A DNA stretch of 64,000 nt from Octopus sinensis (taxonomy: Eukaryota): the NCBI RefSeq assembly GCF_006345805.1, contig NW_021832432.1, positions 434,001-498,000 on the forward strand, given 5' to 3'. The notes beneath the pieces were generated by a model, which was given only the letters and a program-made list of their open reading frames with translations, had not been told where the DNA came from and did no database searches. Every line of letters begins with the position of its first letter. Positions within the stretch are counted from its first letter, which is position 1. The position numbers were made by a program, and so were the translations under genes. This document shows, in pieces, positions 1 through 12,458 of this stretch.

Positions 1-110
1 CCCTTCCTAACGCCAACCACTCCGCGAGTGTAGTGGGTGTTTTGTTTTACGGCCACCTGCACAGGTGCCAGAGGGGTCTGGCATCAGCCACGTTCGGATG
101 GTGCTTTTTT
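1..110 (-). mobile_element. RTE-related short element (family D), partial
   Basis: cccttcctaacgccaaccactcc..gagtgtagtgggtg is shared with copies at 25070-25428, 37115-37420, 39808-40150 and 40310-40550. Confidence 0.75.
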
Positions 111-112
111 TT

Positions 113-899
113 TATGGTGGGGGGTGCAGAAATATAGGGGAGCACCAGTGGGAGGGGTGGTTCAGAGGACAGGTAATAGGCAAGTAGAACGTAGGATATC
201 GAGAGAGGGGTAATGCATGGTGAATAGCGTATTGAAGAGGGGGGTTCAAAGAGTAGACACCTATAATGGTGGTGGGGGGGTGCAGAAATATAGGGGAGCA
301 CCATTGGGAGGGGTGGTTCAGAGGACAGGTTCTAGGCAAGTAACGTAGGATATCGAGAGAGGGGTAATGCATGGTGAAATAGCGTATTGAAGAGGGGGGT
401 TCAAAGAGTAGACACCTATAATGGTGGTGGGGGGGTGCAGAAATATAGGGGAGCACCAGTGGGAGGGGTGGTTCAGAGGACAGGTTCTAGGCAAGTAGAA
501 CGTAGGATATCGAGAGAGGGGTAATGCATGGTGAAATAGCGTATTGAAGAGGGGGGTTCAAAGAGTATACACCTATAATGGTGGTGGTGGGGGTGCAGAA
601 ATATAGGGTAGCACCAGCGGGAGGGGTGGTTCAGAGGACAGGTTCTAGGCAAGTAGAACGTAGGATATCGAGAGAGGGGTAATGCAGGTGAAATAGCGTA
701 TTGAAGAGGGGGGTTCAAAGAGTAGACACCTATAATGGTGGTGGGGGGGTGCAGAACTATATATGGGGAGCACCAGTGGGAGGGGTGGTTCAGAGGACAG
801 GTTCTAGGCAAGTAGAACGTAGGATATCGAGAGAGGGGTAATGCATGGTTGATAGCGTATTGAAGAAGGGGTTCAAAGAGTAGACACCTATAATGGTGG
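113..899. repeat. Tandem array of about 5 copies of a ~156-bp G-rich unit
   Basis: The anchor agaggacagg recurs at 164, 320, 475, 633 and 792 (spacing 155-159). It explains the short proline-rich minus-strand ORFs at 47-811. Confidence 0.95.
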
Positions 900-977
900 G
901 AGAAACGACATCCGGTATAGTTGGAGCAAAATAGAAGATATCCGGTATTGGTGGTGGGGGTGGGTAGGGCGAGCGCG

Positions 978-1601
978 CCGCGAAGAACCGGCAGCCAATT
1001 TCTAATCAGCCCTGTAAGGGAGATAGATCTTAAATATCTATACGATAACTAGTGAATTATACAGAATATGCAAAAACGAGGCGAGGCTGATAGTAAACAG
1101 AGTGGCGACTAGGGGGATCAGAATAATAATAATTAATAAATAATAATAATAAATAGAGATACGGATGAATTAAAGTTCAAAGATTTCTTATCTTGGGATC
1201 ACTTCGTTTACGGACAGACTTGGCAAAAGGAATTCGGAATCAAGAGTGAGGCAGTTACTAGCTTAAGTATGCATGCCATGTCGAGGAGTAGGAAAGGAGT
1301 CCAGACAGACAATGTAAAAAGAGGGGGAGAGAACCCCCGCGAAGAACCGGCAGCCAATTTCTAATCAGCCCTGTAAGGGAGATAGATCTTAAATATCTAT
1401 AACGATAACTAGTGAATTATACAGAATATGCAAAAACGAGGCGAGGCTGAAATAGTAAACAGAGTGGCGACTAGGGGGATCAGAATAATAATAATTAATA
1501 AATAATAATAATAAATAGAGATACGGATGAATTAAAGTTCAAAGATTTCTTATCTTGGGATCACTTCGTTTATGGACAGACTTGGCAAAAGGAATTCGGA
1601 A
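978..1601. repeat. Direct duplication, period 359 bp (978-1239 repeated at 1337-1601)
   Basis: About 262 nt near-identical, from ccgcgaagaaccggcagcc to ggaattcggaa, differing mainly by 1-nt indels. Confidence 0.92.
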
Positions 1602-2159
1602 CATATATACGACGGGCTTCTTTCAGTTTCCGTCTACCAAATCCACTCACAAGGCTTTGGTCGGCCCGAGGCAATAGTAGAAGACACTTGCCCAAGGTGC
1701 CATGTGGTTGGTAAACAAGCTACTTACCACACAGCCACTCCTACGCCTATTTGTCATTAGCTTCCGTTTCAATCTGGGTCAGCTCTGATTGAGTAGACCT
1801 ATAATGGAAAGTGTTCCAGTTATGACCATTACAGCCTATCCCATCCTTCTCTCTGTCATTGCATACCGAGGACTACATTATCTAATGTGTCCTTCCATTT
1901 CTAAAAGTGGTAGGCTGTGATTTATGTGGTGATTTGACTAATTTTTAGCTGGGCATGTGGCCATGTAGAGGCTCACTCTTTGGCCTACCCTCTCTTTGAA
2001 TTAATCTCATCATCATCAGGTTATTGTTATGTGAGAGATTCTATTTGAAATGAGGTTACAAATGTTACTTGTGTGTGTGTGTGTATGCTTGTGTTTGTGT
2101 GTGTGTGTGTGTGTGTATGCTTGTGTTTATTTGTGTATATATATATATATATATATATA

Positions 2160-2450
2160 TAACGGGAAGCTTTATGAAAATAGACAAAAGACGAAGGCAT
2201 ATTTACGGAAATAAACAAAAGACGAAGGCAGGTGGAATACAAACAAACAATTGTATTAGTATGGTGCTCAGGAATATAAATAAAACAAGTCTTTAACGTT
2301 TCGAGCCTACGCTCTTCAACAGAAAGATACACAGAGAAGAAACACAGAAAGAAGGAGAGAAAAAAAATGCATGCAGAGGCTAGCAAATCAACATAGCGAT
2401 CTGATTTCGGCCAGAAGTCAAAGATCAAACGTGAGACGCAAGAGCGAAAT
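2160..2450 (-). mobile_element. Penelope-like terminal-repeat remnant with hammerhead-like motif
   Basis: Embedded after (TA)n. Shares acaaaaga(c/t)gaag..tgtattagt..acgttt(c/t)gagcctacgctcttcaacagaaa with 56130-56260. Penelope assignment is inferred from the motif. Confidence 0.55.
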
Positions 2451-2685
2451 TAGGGGAGATAATAGGGTTAAATGACCTCGCCCCAACATAAGAGTGTGTG
2501 TGTGTGTATGAAAGAGTATTAGTGCGTATGAGATATATATATATGATAGGTGTGGCAGAGTGATTTAGAGTTTGCTTATCAATCGCATAAGTTGAGTTCA
2601 GCCCCCACTGCGTGGCACCTTTAGACCTATAGCAAGTGTCTTCAACCTATAGCCTATTGTAGATTGTAACTGAAAAAAATAATTG

Positions 2686-2763
<78 letters not shown>

Positions 2764-3607
2764 GTAGCAAAGAGGAAGTGGTGTTTCCACGCAGGAAAAA
2801 AATATAGGAAAATGTGTTGTTGAAAATGCACTTAAATTTCAAAAGCTCGTAAATGTTTAAAATACATTTATTTACATATATATCAAACCAGTTTCAACAA
2901 TATTTTTTGTTTCTCAATGGTAAAATTAGAAAAACATTCTTATAAGTTTTAATGTTGGCAATCATTAAAACATTTTAATTTAACAACATTGAAACATTTT
3001 GATTTGTCAACATTGAAACTTATATATATACTTTTTTCAAAACATATTTCTACTATATATATATATATATATATATATATCCGGGTATAAAAAATCTGCC
3101 TCCTCTTGATCTATCAAGCATGGAAAAATATGATGGTGCAAGGGGAGAGTTTCTACTTTGTTACATGATCTGCTCAATATAAACACTAATATGCATGTGC
3201 ATGTCTATATATATACACAAACACACACACATGCGCACACATATGTATACACTCTTGCATTACATCATTATTATGAGCATACCCCAGTATTTGGAGGCTA
3301 TTCAGGCATTCTGGCTGCTGATTGGATTAAATTGTTTCTTCACCCAATTTTGATTTCTTATTGTATATCCTGGTATAGAAAATCTGCCTCAGTGATCTCC
3401 ACCTGATTCCTGCAAGCATGGAAACAAGTGGTGATGATGATGGTGTTATATATATATTCAAAGTACAGAGACATGGCACAATGATAATGATGCAATGAAA
3501 AAGTTTCTACTTTGTTGCATGATCTGCTGAATATAAACACTCACATGTGTGTGTATATATGCGTGTGTGTGTGTGTGTATATATATATATGTAGTAATCC
3601 CCCAACT

Positions 3608-3925
3608 GTAGAGGCGCAACAGCCCAGTGGTTAGGGCAGCTGACTCACGGTCGGAGGATCATGGTTTCAATTCCCAGACTGGGCATTGTGTGTGTTTATT
3701 GACCGAAAACACCTAAAAGCTATACGAGGCTCTGGCAGGAGGTGGTGGTGACCCCTGTTGTACTCTTTCACCCCAACTTTCTCTCACTCTTTCTTCCTAT
3801 TTCTTGAGTAATGCTGCGATGGACTGGCGTCCCGTCCAGCTAGGGGGAACACATACGCCACAGAAACCAGGAAACCGGCGCGATGAGTCTGGCTAGGTTT
3901 GAAAAGGGCACAAAGAAAGAAAGAA
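3608..3925 (+). mobile_element. tRNA-derived SINE (family B variant)
   Basis: Head gaggcgcaacagcccagtggttagggcagctgactcacggtcggaggatcatggtttcaattcccagac has A- and B-box-like motifs and matches the family B heads. Confidence 0.75.
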
Positions 3926-4736
3926 GAATCCCTCAACTATTGTGAGTGTTACGTTCCCAAACTCCCCCAGAATAGTTGAAAATCTGTGAAGTAGAAACAG
4001 TGCTGTACTGTATATTTTTTTATTATTTTTTTTATAATCTCTATATATTTATTTTATCATAAATGTAAAACAACGTAAGCTTAAATAATAAACCGCGATA
4101 TGTATGTATGTATGTATGTATATAGTTTATAGGTTAGAGACATGTATGTACATATGTATGTGTGCATGTATGTATTTATACACTCCTACATTGCATCATT
4201 ATTATTGGTATGCCCCAGTATTTGGAGCCTACTCCGGCATTCTAGCTGCTGATTGGATGAAATTGTTTCCTCCTCACATAATCTTAATTTCTTATCATAT
4301 TAACCTGAACTATGTCCAATCATGTGTGTGATAGAATCATTGTTTGGCTGCCTTGTGTTATATTTAAATCTTTAGAGACTTTTTTTTTTCTTTTTCCTTC
4401 TTCACTTAACATAGTTTTTACATACTCATTAGCAGAGCTTGATATATACTTGTCATTATCTCATTAAGTGGCTTTTTCTTAAACTTTGTGTTTATGTGTA
4501 ATTGTGTGTCTTTGTGTGTGTGTGTGAGTGTTGTGGGTGTTGATCAATTAAAATTTGTTTTGTCCCACATTTATCCAGTATCCTGTATTTTATTTTGCCA
4601 TTTTTCTAGTTACAGAATATTTTGCCATTTTTCTAGTTACAGAATTCTAAGATTTGTCTGAAGCTGTCAAAATTCGAATATGCAAACTAATGGAAAGAAT
4701 AAAGTTTTTGCATCTATTATTATGTCTGTCTGTGAG

Positions 4737-4945
4737 GCAGCAAGCTTGTAGGATTGTTAGCACACTGGGCAAAATGCTTAGTAGTATTTTGGCCATCTTT
4801 AAGTTCTGAGTTCAAATTCCACTGAGGTCGACTTCGCCTTTCATCTTTTCAGGGTCGATAAAATAAGTATCACTGGGTTCAATGTAATCAATTTATTCCC
4901 TGCCCCCAAATTGCTGGCGTTGTGTCAAAATTAGAAAGCGTTATT
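4737..4945 (+). mobile_element. tRNA-derived SINE (family C)
   Basis: gttctgagttcaaattcc..gaggtcgact..gcctttcatc..gggtcgataaaataagta core, repeated many times in the window. Confidence 0.75.
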
Positions 4946-5775
4946 ATGTTTCCCTATCAGTGGAGGCAATGGGCCGACCACTCATGTTATTGACATAACC
5001 TTTCTGTTGCAGAAATGAAATGTCTGGCAGTTACTGGTCCTACATTTGAAAGTTCCTCCTGGATAGGGCACCAGTCCTTCACAAGGTTAACTCCAGCTGC
5101 TATTTGTACTCATTTTCATTTGAGAGGACACGAGTAACACATGTTACTCAAGGATAGCTTGGTACAACTTGGTCCAAGTGTTGAATGTATAAGCATATGA
5201 TCTTGACTCCAACATCTTTACACATAGGCTATATATGTTCACACCTATTATTATTATTATAGAATTTTTTTTTTTAATTATTATTTCTATGATGATTGGA
5301 GAAAATGTCTGATTAATCAGTATTATTTATTGTTTCACTCTTCTTCAAAATGTATGTAAATACACACTTATTAGGAGTTTAGCAGCATGTGGTTGGTTAG
5401 TCAGAAGTACTTACTCCTCATGGTTCAGTATGTTTTGGTTCTTTGAACTTTCCTGCACAAATCTGGAGCAGTCAGAGCTACACATAAATGCACAATTTAT
5501 TTAACAGGAGCATATAGTAACTATCAGTACATAAATATAAGAAAAATCCAGGTGGACCTAGTTCACGATAAAGGCTCTGAAGTGTAAATTCAAATCATTT
5601 GAGCACTAATATATTGAGCATCTCTTGACTCTGTGTGTGTGTGTGTGTGTGGATGTGTGTAACATACCTACTCTATTAACAAATATATAGGCACCTATTT
5701 TTTCTGACATAGATTCTTAAACTAAAGTGTATATATATTATATATATATATGCCCATTTAAAGAATGCCACAGTA

Positions 5776-6625
5776 TTGAAATATGCAGACGACATCAAGC
5801 TGTACCTTGAAATCAAGAGGACAGATCCTGATGTCTACAACTCTTTCCTGCAATCAGACCTAGACACAATGCAGCAATGGATCACAGACTGGCAACTGAA
5901 ACTGGCTGTGGACAAGTGTACCACCATGCATTTTGGGAGAAAAAACCCTGCGTTCACATACTCCCTCCACAACACTGATATCAAGAAATCCTCTTGCGAG
6001 CGTGACCTAGGCATCACTGTCAGCAGTGATTTGCGTTGGTCAAAGCATATCTCTAAGATTGTCAGGAAGGCGAGGGTGTCTTGGCATCACTCAGCAGGTC
6101 TTTTGTTAGCCGCTCTCCACCATCTATTTAAAACTGTATACAGCTATGGTACGACCACACTTGGAATTCGCATCATCAGTTGGAACCATCTCTTGCACAG
6201 AACATTGACCTCCTGGAATCTGTCCAGAGACGTGCAACCAAACGCATACCCTCCATCAGACACCTACCATATTCTGAGCGCCTTGTTTCCCTGGGCATGG
6301 ATTCACTGAAGCTCCGGCGTTTGGCGACGGACTTGGTAAACACCCACAAAGTTATCAACCACCTCACCAACAACAACACTGAACACCTTTTGATCTCCAT
6401 GTGTCTAACACACGTGGACATGCCTACAAAGTCAGAAAACAATACAGCTCCCATGACTTTCGGAAACTTTTTTCACGCTCAGAGTTGCTGAAGCATGGAA
6501 TAAACTGCCTGCGTCAGTTGTTGACTGCCATGACACTGCATTTTAAGGCCCTCATGCTTCCGAAATCCGCCGAAACTACACCTGATTATATATACACTTT
6601 AGATGAGTTGTAGTGCACCTGAGCA
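5776..6625 (+). mobile_element. CR1-type LINE, 5'-truncated degenerate RT C-terminus and 3' UTR
   Basis: KYADDIKLY..LQSDLD..W...WQL.L.V.KC..MHFGRKN..ERDLGI, then LESVQRRATKRIP..YSERL..L..SL..RR and NTRGH.YK. Frameshifted, followed by a (TAT)n tail. Confidence 0.92.
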
Positions 6626-6641
6626 CTGTACACAATTATTA

Positions 6642-6681
<40 letters not shown>

Positions 6682-6703
6682 TATATAAATAAATAAATAA
6701 ATA

Positions 6704-6778
6704 AATGAAAGAATGGAGTTGAACGACGACAAAATAAAGGAATTTTGTTAATTCGTCGTTCAACTCCATTCTTTCATT
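6704..6778. repeat. Perfect 26-bp inverted repeat with 23-nt spacer
   Basis: aatgaaagaatggagttgaacgacga (6704-6729) and tcgtcgttcaactccattctttcatt (6753-6778). Confidence 0.95.
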
Positions 6779-8139
6779 ATTTGTATTTAAAAAAACACAC
6801 AAATTTCCACACGAAAGCACGTGATCTCTGCCCTTGGCATGTAACTTCAACCGTGTTTTTCTGACGTGAATTTGCTACCCAGTTATCGGTTAACCAAATT
6901 ATCCATAATAAGATAATTCATTCAACTACTCAGATATATGATGATGATGATATGCATGCATATATACTTACAAGCAGACTGTCTGATATTGATGAGGCTG
7001 AAAAGTAGATGTAAATAGCTCAGAGGTGTTCTTAATGAATGCATTTTCTGAGTGACAGAACACTATTAGATTTTCTTGAAAGTTATCTCCCTTCTTAAGA
7101 AATTGCTATGTAGCAGTCCATGTTTAAAACGCTAGGTTTGGAGCTGCAGATTTCCACTGCTTATTAATAATTTATTGCTCAATTAAAATTTAGGTAATTG
7201 AGGCACAATAATTAAGAACACAGGATTAAGTAGATGTGAACAGTTTTATTCGATTTGACACTATTATTTTGTCTATTATCATTAACAATCTCTAGACTTA
7301 GGGCTACAACCATGCAGGGTTTACTCTAACAAATCACCCCCAGTCTATTTTTTAAGTCTGATATTTATTTTATCGGTTTTATTACTGAACTGCTAAGTTA
7401 CAAGGAACATAAACTAACCCTTGTCTGGATATTATGTGATGGTTGTAAACGAGCATCGTTGTAATATAAGCAAGGTTTCTTATCTCTTGGCTTCTGTGGA
7501 AAATATATCTGGCTTTTTTTTTTTTCACTGCTTTCACAACTTCCCATGTCTCTGTCATCATCCATTTCTGTTATTATGAATTTGAATTGGGAGCTTGATT
7601 TATAGTGAATCTTTCATTAGCTGATTACAGAACTATGAATGCCACCCCTATGGATGCTCTTGATAGAGCTGGGTGATTCTGATCATTGATCTTTTAGGAT
7701 TCTTCTGCTCAGTATCAGCGTCAGAAGCACCATTGCTCAGTTGCACTCTTCTGCTACCTCTTCATAATCTGCCATGCTGCAGTACCAGTTCTTCACCATA
7801 TCCCTGGTAGGGTGGCTAACGGGTTCTATGCCTCACTAAAGGGCATCCTGTAACTATGCAGGGCATGGTTGTCATTCCGTGAGATATTTTCAATGGGGAA
7901 ATATTACCTTGCTTGGAAACAGATGAGGGTTGGTGATAGGAAGGGTATCTGACCATAGATAAATTCTGTCTCAACAAATTCTGTCTAACCCATGCCAGCA
8001 TAGAAAAGTGAATGTTAAATGATGATGATGATGATAATGAATTATCTTTTCCTGATCCATAAACAGGAGTGAAGAGTCTGGCATGGTGAAGTAAGATAGA
8101 TAGATAGAGAGAGAGAGAATGAGGCAGTATGGGATACTC

Positions 8140-8369
8140 TCTTTTACTCCTTTACTTGTTTCAGTCATTTGACTGTGGCCATACTGGAGCACTGCCTTTA
8201 GTCAAGCAAATCGACCCCAGGACTTATTCTTTGTAAGCCTAGTACTTATTCTATTGGTCTATTTTGCTGAACTGCTAAGTTACGTGGATGTAAGCACACC
8301 AGCATTGGTTGTCAAGTGATGTTGGGGGAACAAACACAGACATACAAGCACATACACACACACACATAC

Positions 8370-8417
<48 letters not shown>

Positions 8418-8577
8418 CGGGCTTCTTTCTGTTTCCATCTACCAAATCCACTCACAAGGCTTTGGTCGGCCCAAGGCTTTAGTAGAAGACACTTGCCCAA
8501 GGTCCCACACAGTGGGATTGAACCCAGAACCATGTGGTTCGTAAGCACGCTACTTACCACACAGCCACTCCTACGCC
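8140..8577 (-). mobile_element. tRNA-derived SINE (family A), full length
   Basis: Minus-strand head ggcgtaggagtggctgtgtggtaagtagc..catggttctgggttcaatccc, central (TA)/(CA) microsatellite, tail ..aatgactgaaacaagtaaa. Confidence 0.88.
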
Positions 8578-10881
8578 TTTGACTATTATAACTTACCATT
8601 TTCATGTATTGTCATCATTTGATGTCCATTTTTCCATGTTTACATGGATCAGATGAATTGGGTGAGGCACATTTTTCTATGGCTGGATGCCCTTCCTGTT
8701 GCCAACCCCCTTTGGTTTCCAAGCAAGGTAATATTTTACCTTAGACATGGAAGACTGGAAATGAACAACCTCACTTGTATGACAATGGTGCACATGTAAT
8801 GTCTAAACGAGCTTACACCCACACTTATACATGTGTGTGTGTGTTACCTACTATTGTAATAATGATTTCTATGGAGGAAATCTAAAAAATTTTACAGATG
8901 GATTCTGTCAGTGAAATTGGCCACAGTACTTGACTTGTACTTTATTTGATTTACTATTAGAGAATGAATGGCAAAGCCAACTTCAGCTGGATTTGAACTC
9001 AAATAGTAAAAGGCTATGATCAAATACTGCATAGTATTGTTGCCTGAGACTCTAACAAGTCTGCCAACATCTAATCTTGATCTCTAACATTGACACAAAA
9101 CCAGATAGTATACTTGATTAATTGGGCACAGTATTGACTAGTATTTTAGCGTATCTACCCAGGATGTTTTGCTTCATTTATCCTGTTTGATTAATTATTG
9201 ATATTGGCAGCTGGCCAAATCAATACAGTATTGGTTATTTGGCAGAAGAGTTGGTGGTGCATATCCTATCAGATTCACTGCTTTTAGTGTTAGGTAACTT
9301 AATTCTCATTGACCCAATTTTCTAGTGTTAAAGATACTGCTGCAGTGTTAGGTTGTTGCTACACATTGTTGGTATATTTTACAATGGACAAGCTTTTGGG
9401 TTTTTTTTTTATTGTTGTTTCGTACCAGGTCAACCTGATCAAGCAGACCAATGATCAGAGCTGGTTTTAAGCCAGTTAGATTTGCTCAAATTGGGTCCTA
9501 CTTCAGGAGAGGGCCCTGCACACACACACTCAAGCAGAAGATACTATGATGTATTTGTAGTATGACATTATGGCTAATGGTGTTATGGTGGAACCTCAAG
9601 CCCTCAACCCATTTTGACTGGGACTCGCATACTACACAAAACATAAAACATCAACTCATCAGCTTTTGTAGAGAAGAGAGCTCCACAATTCGCTATTTGG
9701 CCCCCACACTTTCTAGCACCGTCCTTGCTTATGATCAAAGGCATTCTGGCCCTGACCTCCAATCCTTCCCCCAGGCACTGCATTTCTAGCCTTATCCAAT
9801 ATGTTTTTCCATTTTTGAAATGGTAGCATGTGGTTTGAGGAAGATTTGACTACTATTTCTAACAGATTGAGTGACTGCGTAGAGTGACTGAACTTATATA
9901 TAATCCTTCTATAGACCTAGAGAAGATAATGGAAAATGATTCCTTTGTATTTTATTTTAAATGATGTGAAAATAATGTATTTAATTTTGTTGTAGCTGTC
10001 CCATTGGCTTTCACTATTCCTTTATTAATAACTTCTTAACCTTTATTCCTTGAAAAGTTATATAATACAACATGCTTGTATTAGTATGGAAAAAAATATG
10101 GCCATATTTTTTTCCCCATACCTGTTAGCTCTGACGAGCACATGACATTTTATAACTGTGAAGTAATCTAACAGCTGTTTTAATGCGCTGTGTGAAACCA
10201 ATTGGTAAGATCAGCTGTAATGGACATATAATTCTATACACTGAATAACACATTAACTTTTTCTGACTTATGGGTTCTTATATGACTATATGTGTGTGTG
10301 TGTGTATGCATGTGTATATGTATACATGTGTGTGTGTATATGTATACATATATCTGTATTTATGTGTGTGTGCGTGTGTGTAGATGAATGGACGGACACA
10401 CACATACTTCCACTCAGTTTCCCTTTATCAAATTCTCTCACAAAACATCAATCAGCCTAGGGTTATATAGGAAGATACTTGCCCAAGTTACCATGCAGTG
10501 GCACTGAACAGGAAACCATGTGGATACCAAGTGAGCTTCTTAACCACCAAACAACCCTCCACCCACACACATACACACACAGCAAAAGAATTGGTGGCTC
10601 TCTTGTATTTGTGTTTCAGAATAATAAAGAATTGCAACCAACTCATATCTGATATAAAACAGTGACGATAATCCCTTCTGAGTACTTCATATCTTACTTA
10701 TTAGCTTGGCTGGTATAACTAAGTGGAGTAAAGTATATATAATCCTCGAGATATTAAATGAATCTAAAATAAGATCAAATATACAAGAAAAAAATAAAAT
10801 TAATGTTAGTGGTGATTAATGTAAATCTTAGCACCTGCAAGTAGGGGAGATAACTTAGAATGTTTCACTTTTATTAGAATT

Positions 10882-11088
10882 ATCTATTTCTTTACTACCC
10901 ACAAGGGGCTAAACACAGAGAGGACAAACAAGGACAGACAAACGGATTAAGTCGATTATATCGACCCCAGTGCGTAACTGGTACTTATTTAATCGACCCC
11001 CGAAAGGATGGAAGGCAAAGTCGACCTTGGCGGAATTTGAACTCAGAACGTAACGGCAGACGAAATACGGCTACGCATTTCGCCCGGT
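10882..11088 (-). mobile_element. tRNA-derived SINE (family C), young, head-truncated
   Basis: CpG-rich copy of the family C core with a ..ccccttgtgggtagtaaagaaatag tail. Confidence 0.82.
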
Positions 11089-11089
11089 G

Positions 11090-11345
11090 TATCAATAAAA
11101 GAATAGTCACACCATAGAAAGAAACCTGTTGTATGTATATGTGTGTGTTGTGTTTGTCCCTACCGCTACTTGACAACCTGTGTTGGTGTGTTTATGTCCC
11201 CATAACTTAATGGTTTGGCAAAAGAGACCAATAGAATAAATAACAGGCTTTGGAAAACTGGAAATAAGTACTGGAGTCAATCAGTTCAACGAAAATTCCT
11301 TGAGGTGGTGCTCTAGCATGGCCACAGTCTAATGACTGAAACAAG
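11090..11345 (+). mobile_element. Family A SINE, 3' half
   Basis: tgtttgtccc..ttgacaacc..ggtgtgtttatgtccccataacttaatggtttggcaaaagagacc..tgactgaaacaagt. Confidence 0.75.
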
Positions 11346-11600
11346 TTAAAAGATAGTGTTGTAGGTTTCAACATTTTGTAGCTCAGTGCTCATCAGTGAT
11401 TGGTCAATAAGAAATGATGACATAATCTTATACTATCATTCCTTATTGACCAGTCATTGATTGAGTGTAGATCGCTGTTTAATCCTTCCTTATTACACAG
11501 ATAGTAACCAATATAGATTGATATTAATTTATTTTTGTCTGATTAATCAATGACCATCTTTCTTTGACTCATCATTCATCTTTCATTTCCTTCTTTGCAG

Positions 11601-11733
11601 GGAGGACGACAGCAAGTATTTAGAATGGCTGAGGAATATGCTGACAACCTACACCTACTTCCATCGGGAAGTAGGATACACCCAAGGCATGAATGATATT
11701 GCTGCTAGTTTTTTATCTACATTCCAGAATGAG
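11601..11733 (+). CDS. TBC/Rab-GAP domain protein (TBC1D15/16/17/25-like group), first coding exon found in window
   Basis: ttctttgcag acceptor, GT donor at 11734. Reads (g)EDDSKYLEWLRNMLTTYTYFHREVGYTQGMNDIAASFLSTFQNE, containing the TBC glutamine-finger motif YxQGMND. 133 nt, phase-compatible with the next exon. Confidence 0.93.
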
Positions 11734-12030
11734 GTAAACATTTAAAAAATATGTTGCCATCCTTATGATTAACCTTTTTGTTGGAATATACTTTTTCTTT
11801 TCAAGTAATTTGGAAAATAATGAAAAATATAGTAAAATAACTTTGTCATATTTAAGCCAATGTTTAAGGTGATGAGCTCAGAGAATTGTTAGCATGCCAG
11901 ACAAAATGCTTTATGGAATTTTGTCCATCTTTACATTCTTGGTTCAAATTCCTCTGAGGTCAGAGCAGATGGAATTTGTTGAGGAAGATTTTCTGTGGTT
12001 ACATACCCATCCTCTTGTTACCCTTTACTT

Positions 12031-12275
12031 CAGGGGTGGGCAACTTTTTGTCAACTGGGGGCCGCATTGCACCATTTCCAAGTGGGAGAGGGCCACATGA
12101 TAAAGCACATGTGCATGAAATATTGCTTGCCCACTTTACATTGAATTTTTCTGAAGCTCTTCTTAATATTATTAGTATTAAATTTTATTTGTCTCAGTAT
12201 GAAACTCATCAAGGGCTGCACAGCAACATGTTGAGGGCCGTATGTGGCCTGCTGGCAGCAGGTTGCCCATGTATG
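12031..12275. mobile_element. hAT-type MITE nested in an older short element
   Basis: Ends CAGGGGTGGGCAAC and GTTGCCCATGTATG. 8-bp TSD ctttactt / cttcactt (7 of 8 match). Confidence 0.75.
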
Positions 12276-12458
12276 CTTCACTTGTTTAGAAGTACAGAAA
12301 TATTCTTCATGGGTGGAAATATTGTCATGGAAGATTGGAAACAAACAACATCGCTTGTATGATGGTGATGCTTGTTTACAACCATCACGTGATGTCAAGA
12401 CAAGAGCAAGTGTATACACAAGCATAATTACACACACACACATTGGTGTGTGTGTGTA

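Noticed and set aside
47-811. Pro/His-rich minus-strand ORFs of 85-114 aa
   Set aside because: They are translations of the 156-bp tandem array, with frameshifts between units.
1155-1370. About 70-codon open frame DELKFKDFLSWDHFVYGQTWQKEF.. on plus
   Set aside because: No recognisable domain, no convincing acceptor, and it spans the duplication junction. The second copy is frameshifted.
2884-2935. Possible further hammerhead on minus (TTGAGAA..ACAA/TTGT..GAAACTGGTT)
   Set aside because: It needs several core and stem repairs, so it is too degenerate to support.
9245-9293. Candidate upstream TBC exon (ggcag..gtgttag|gtaact)
   Set aside because: The phase-compatible translation RVGGAYPIRFTAFSV lacks the expected IxxDxxRT arginine-finger motif.
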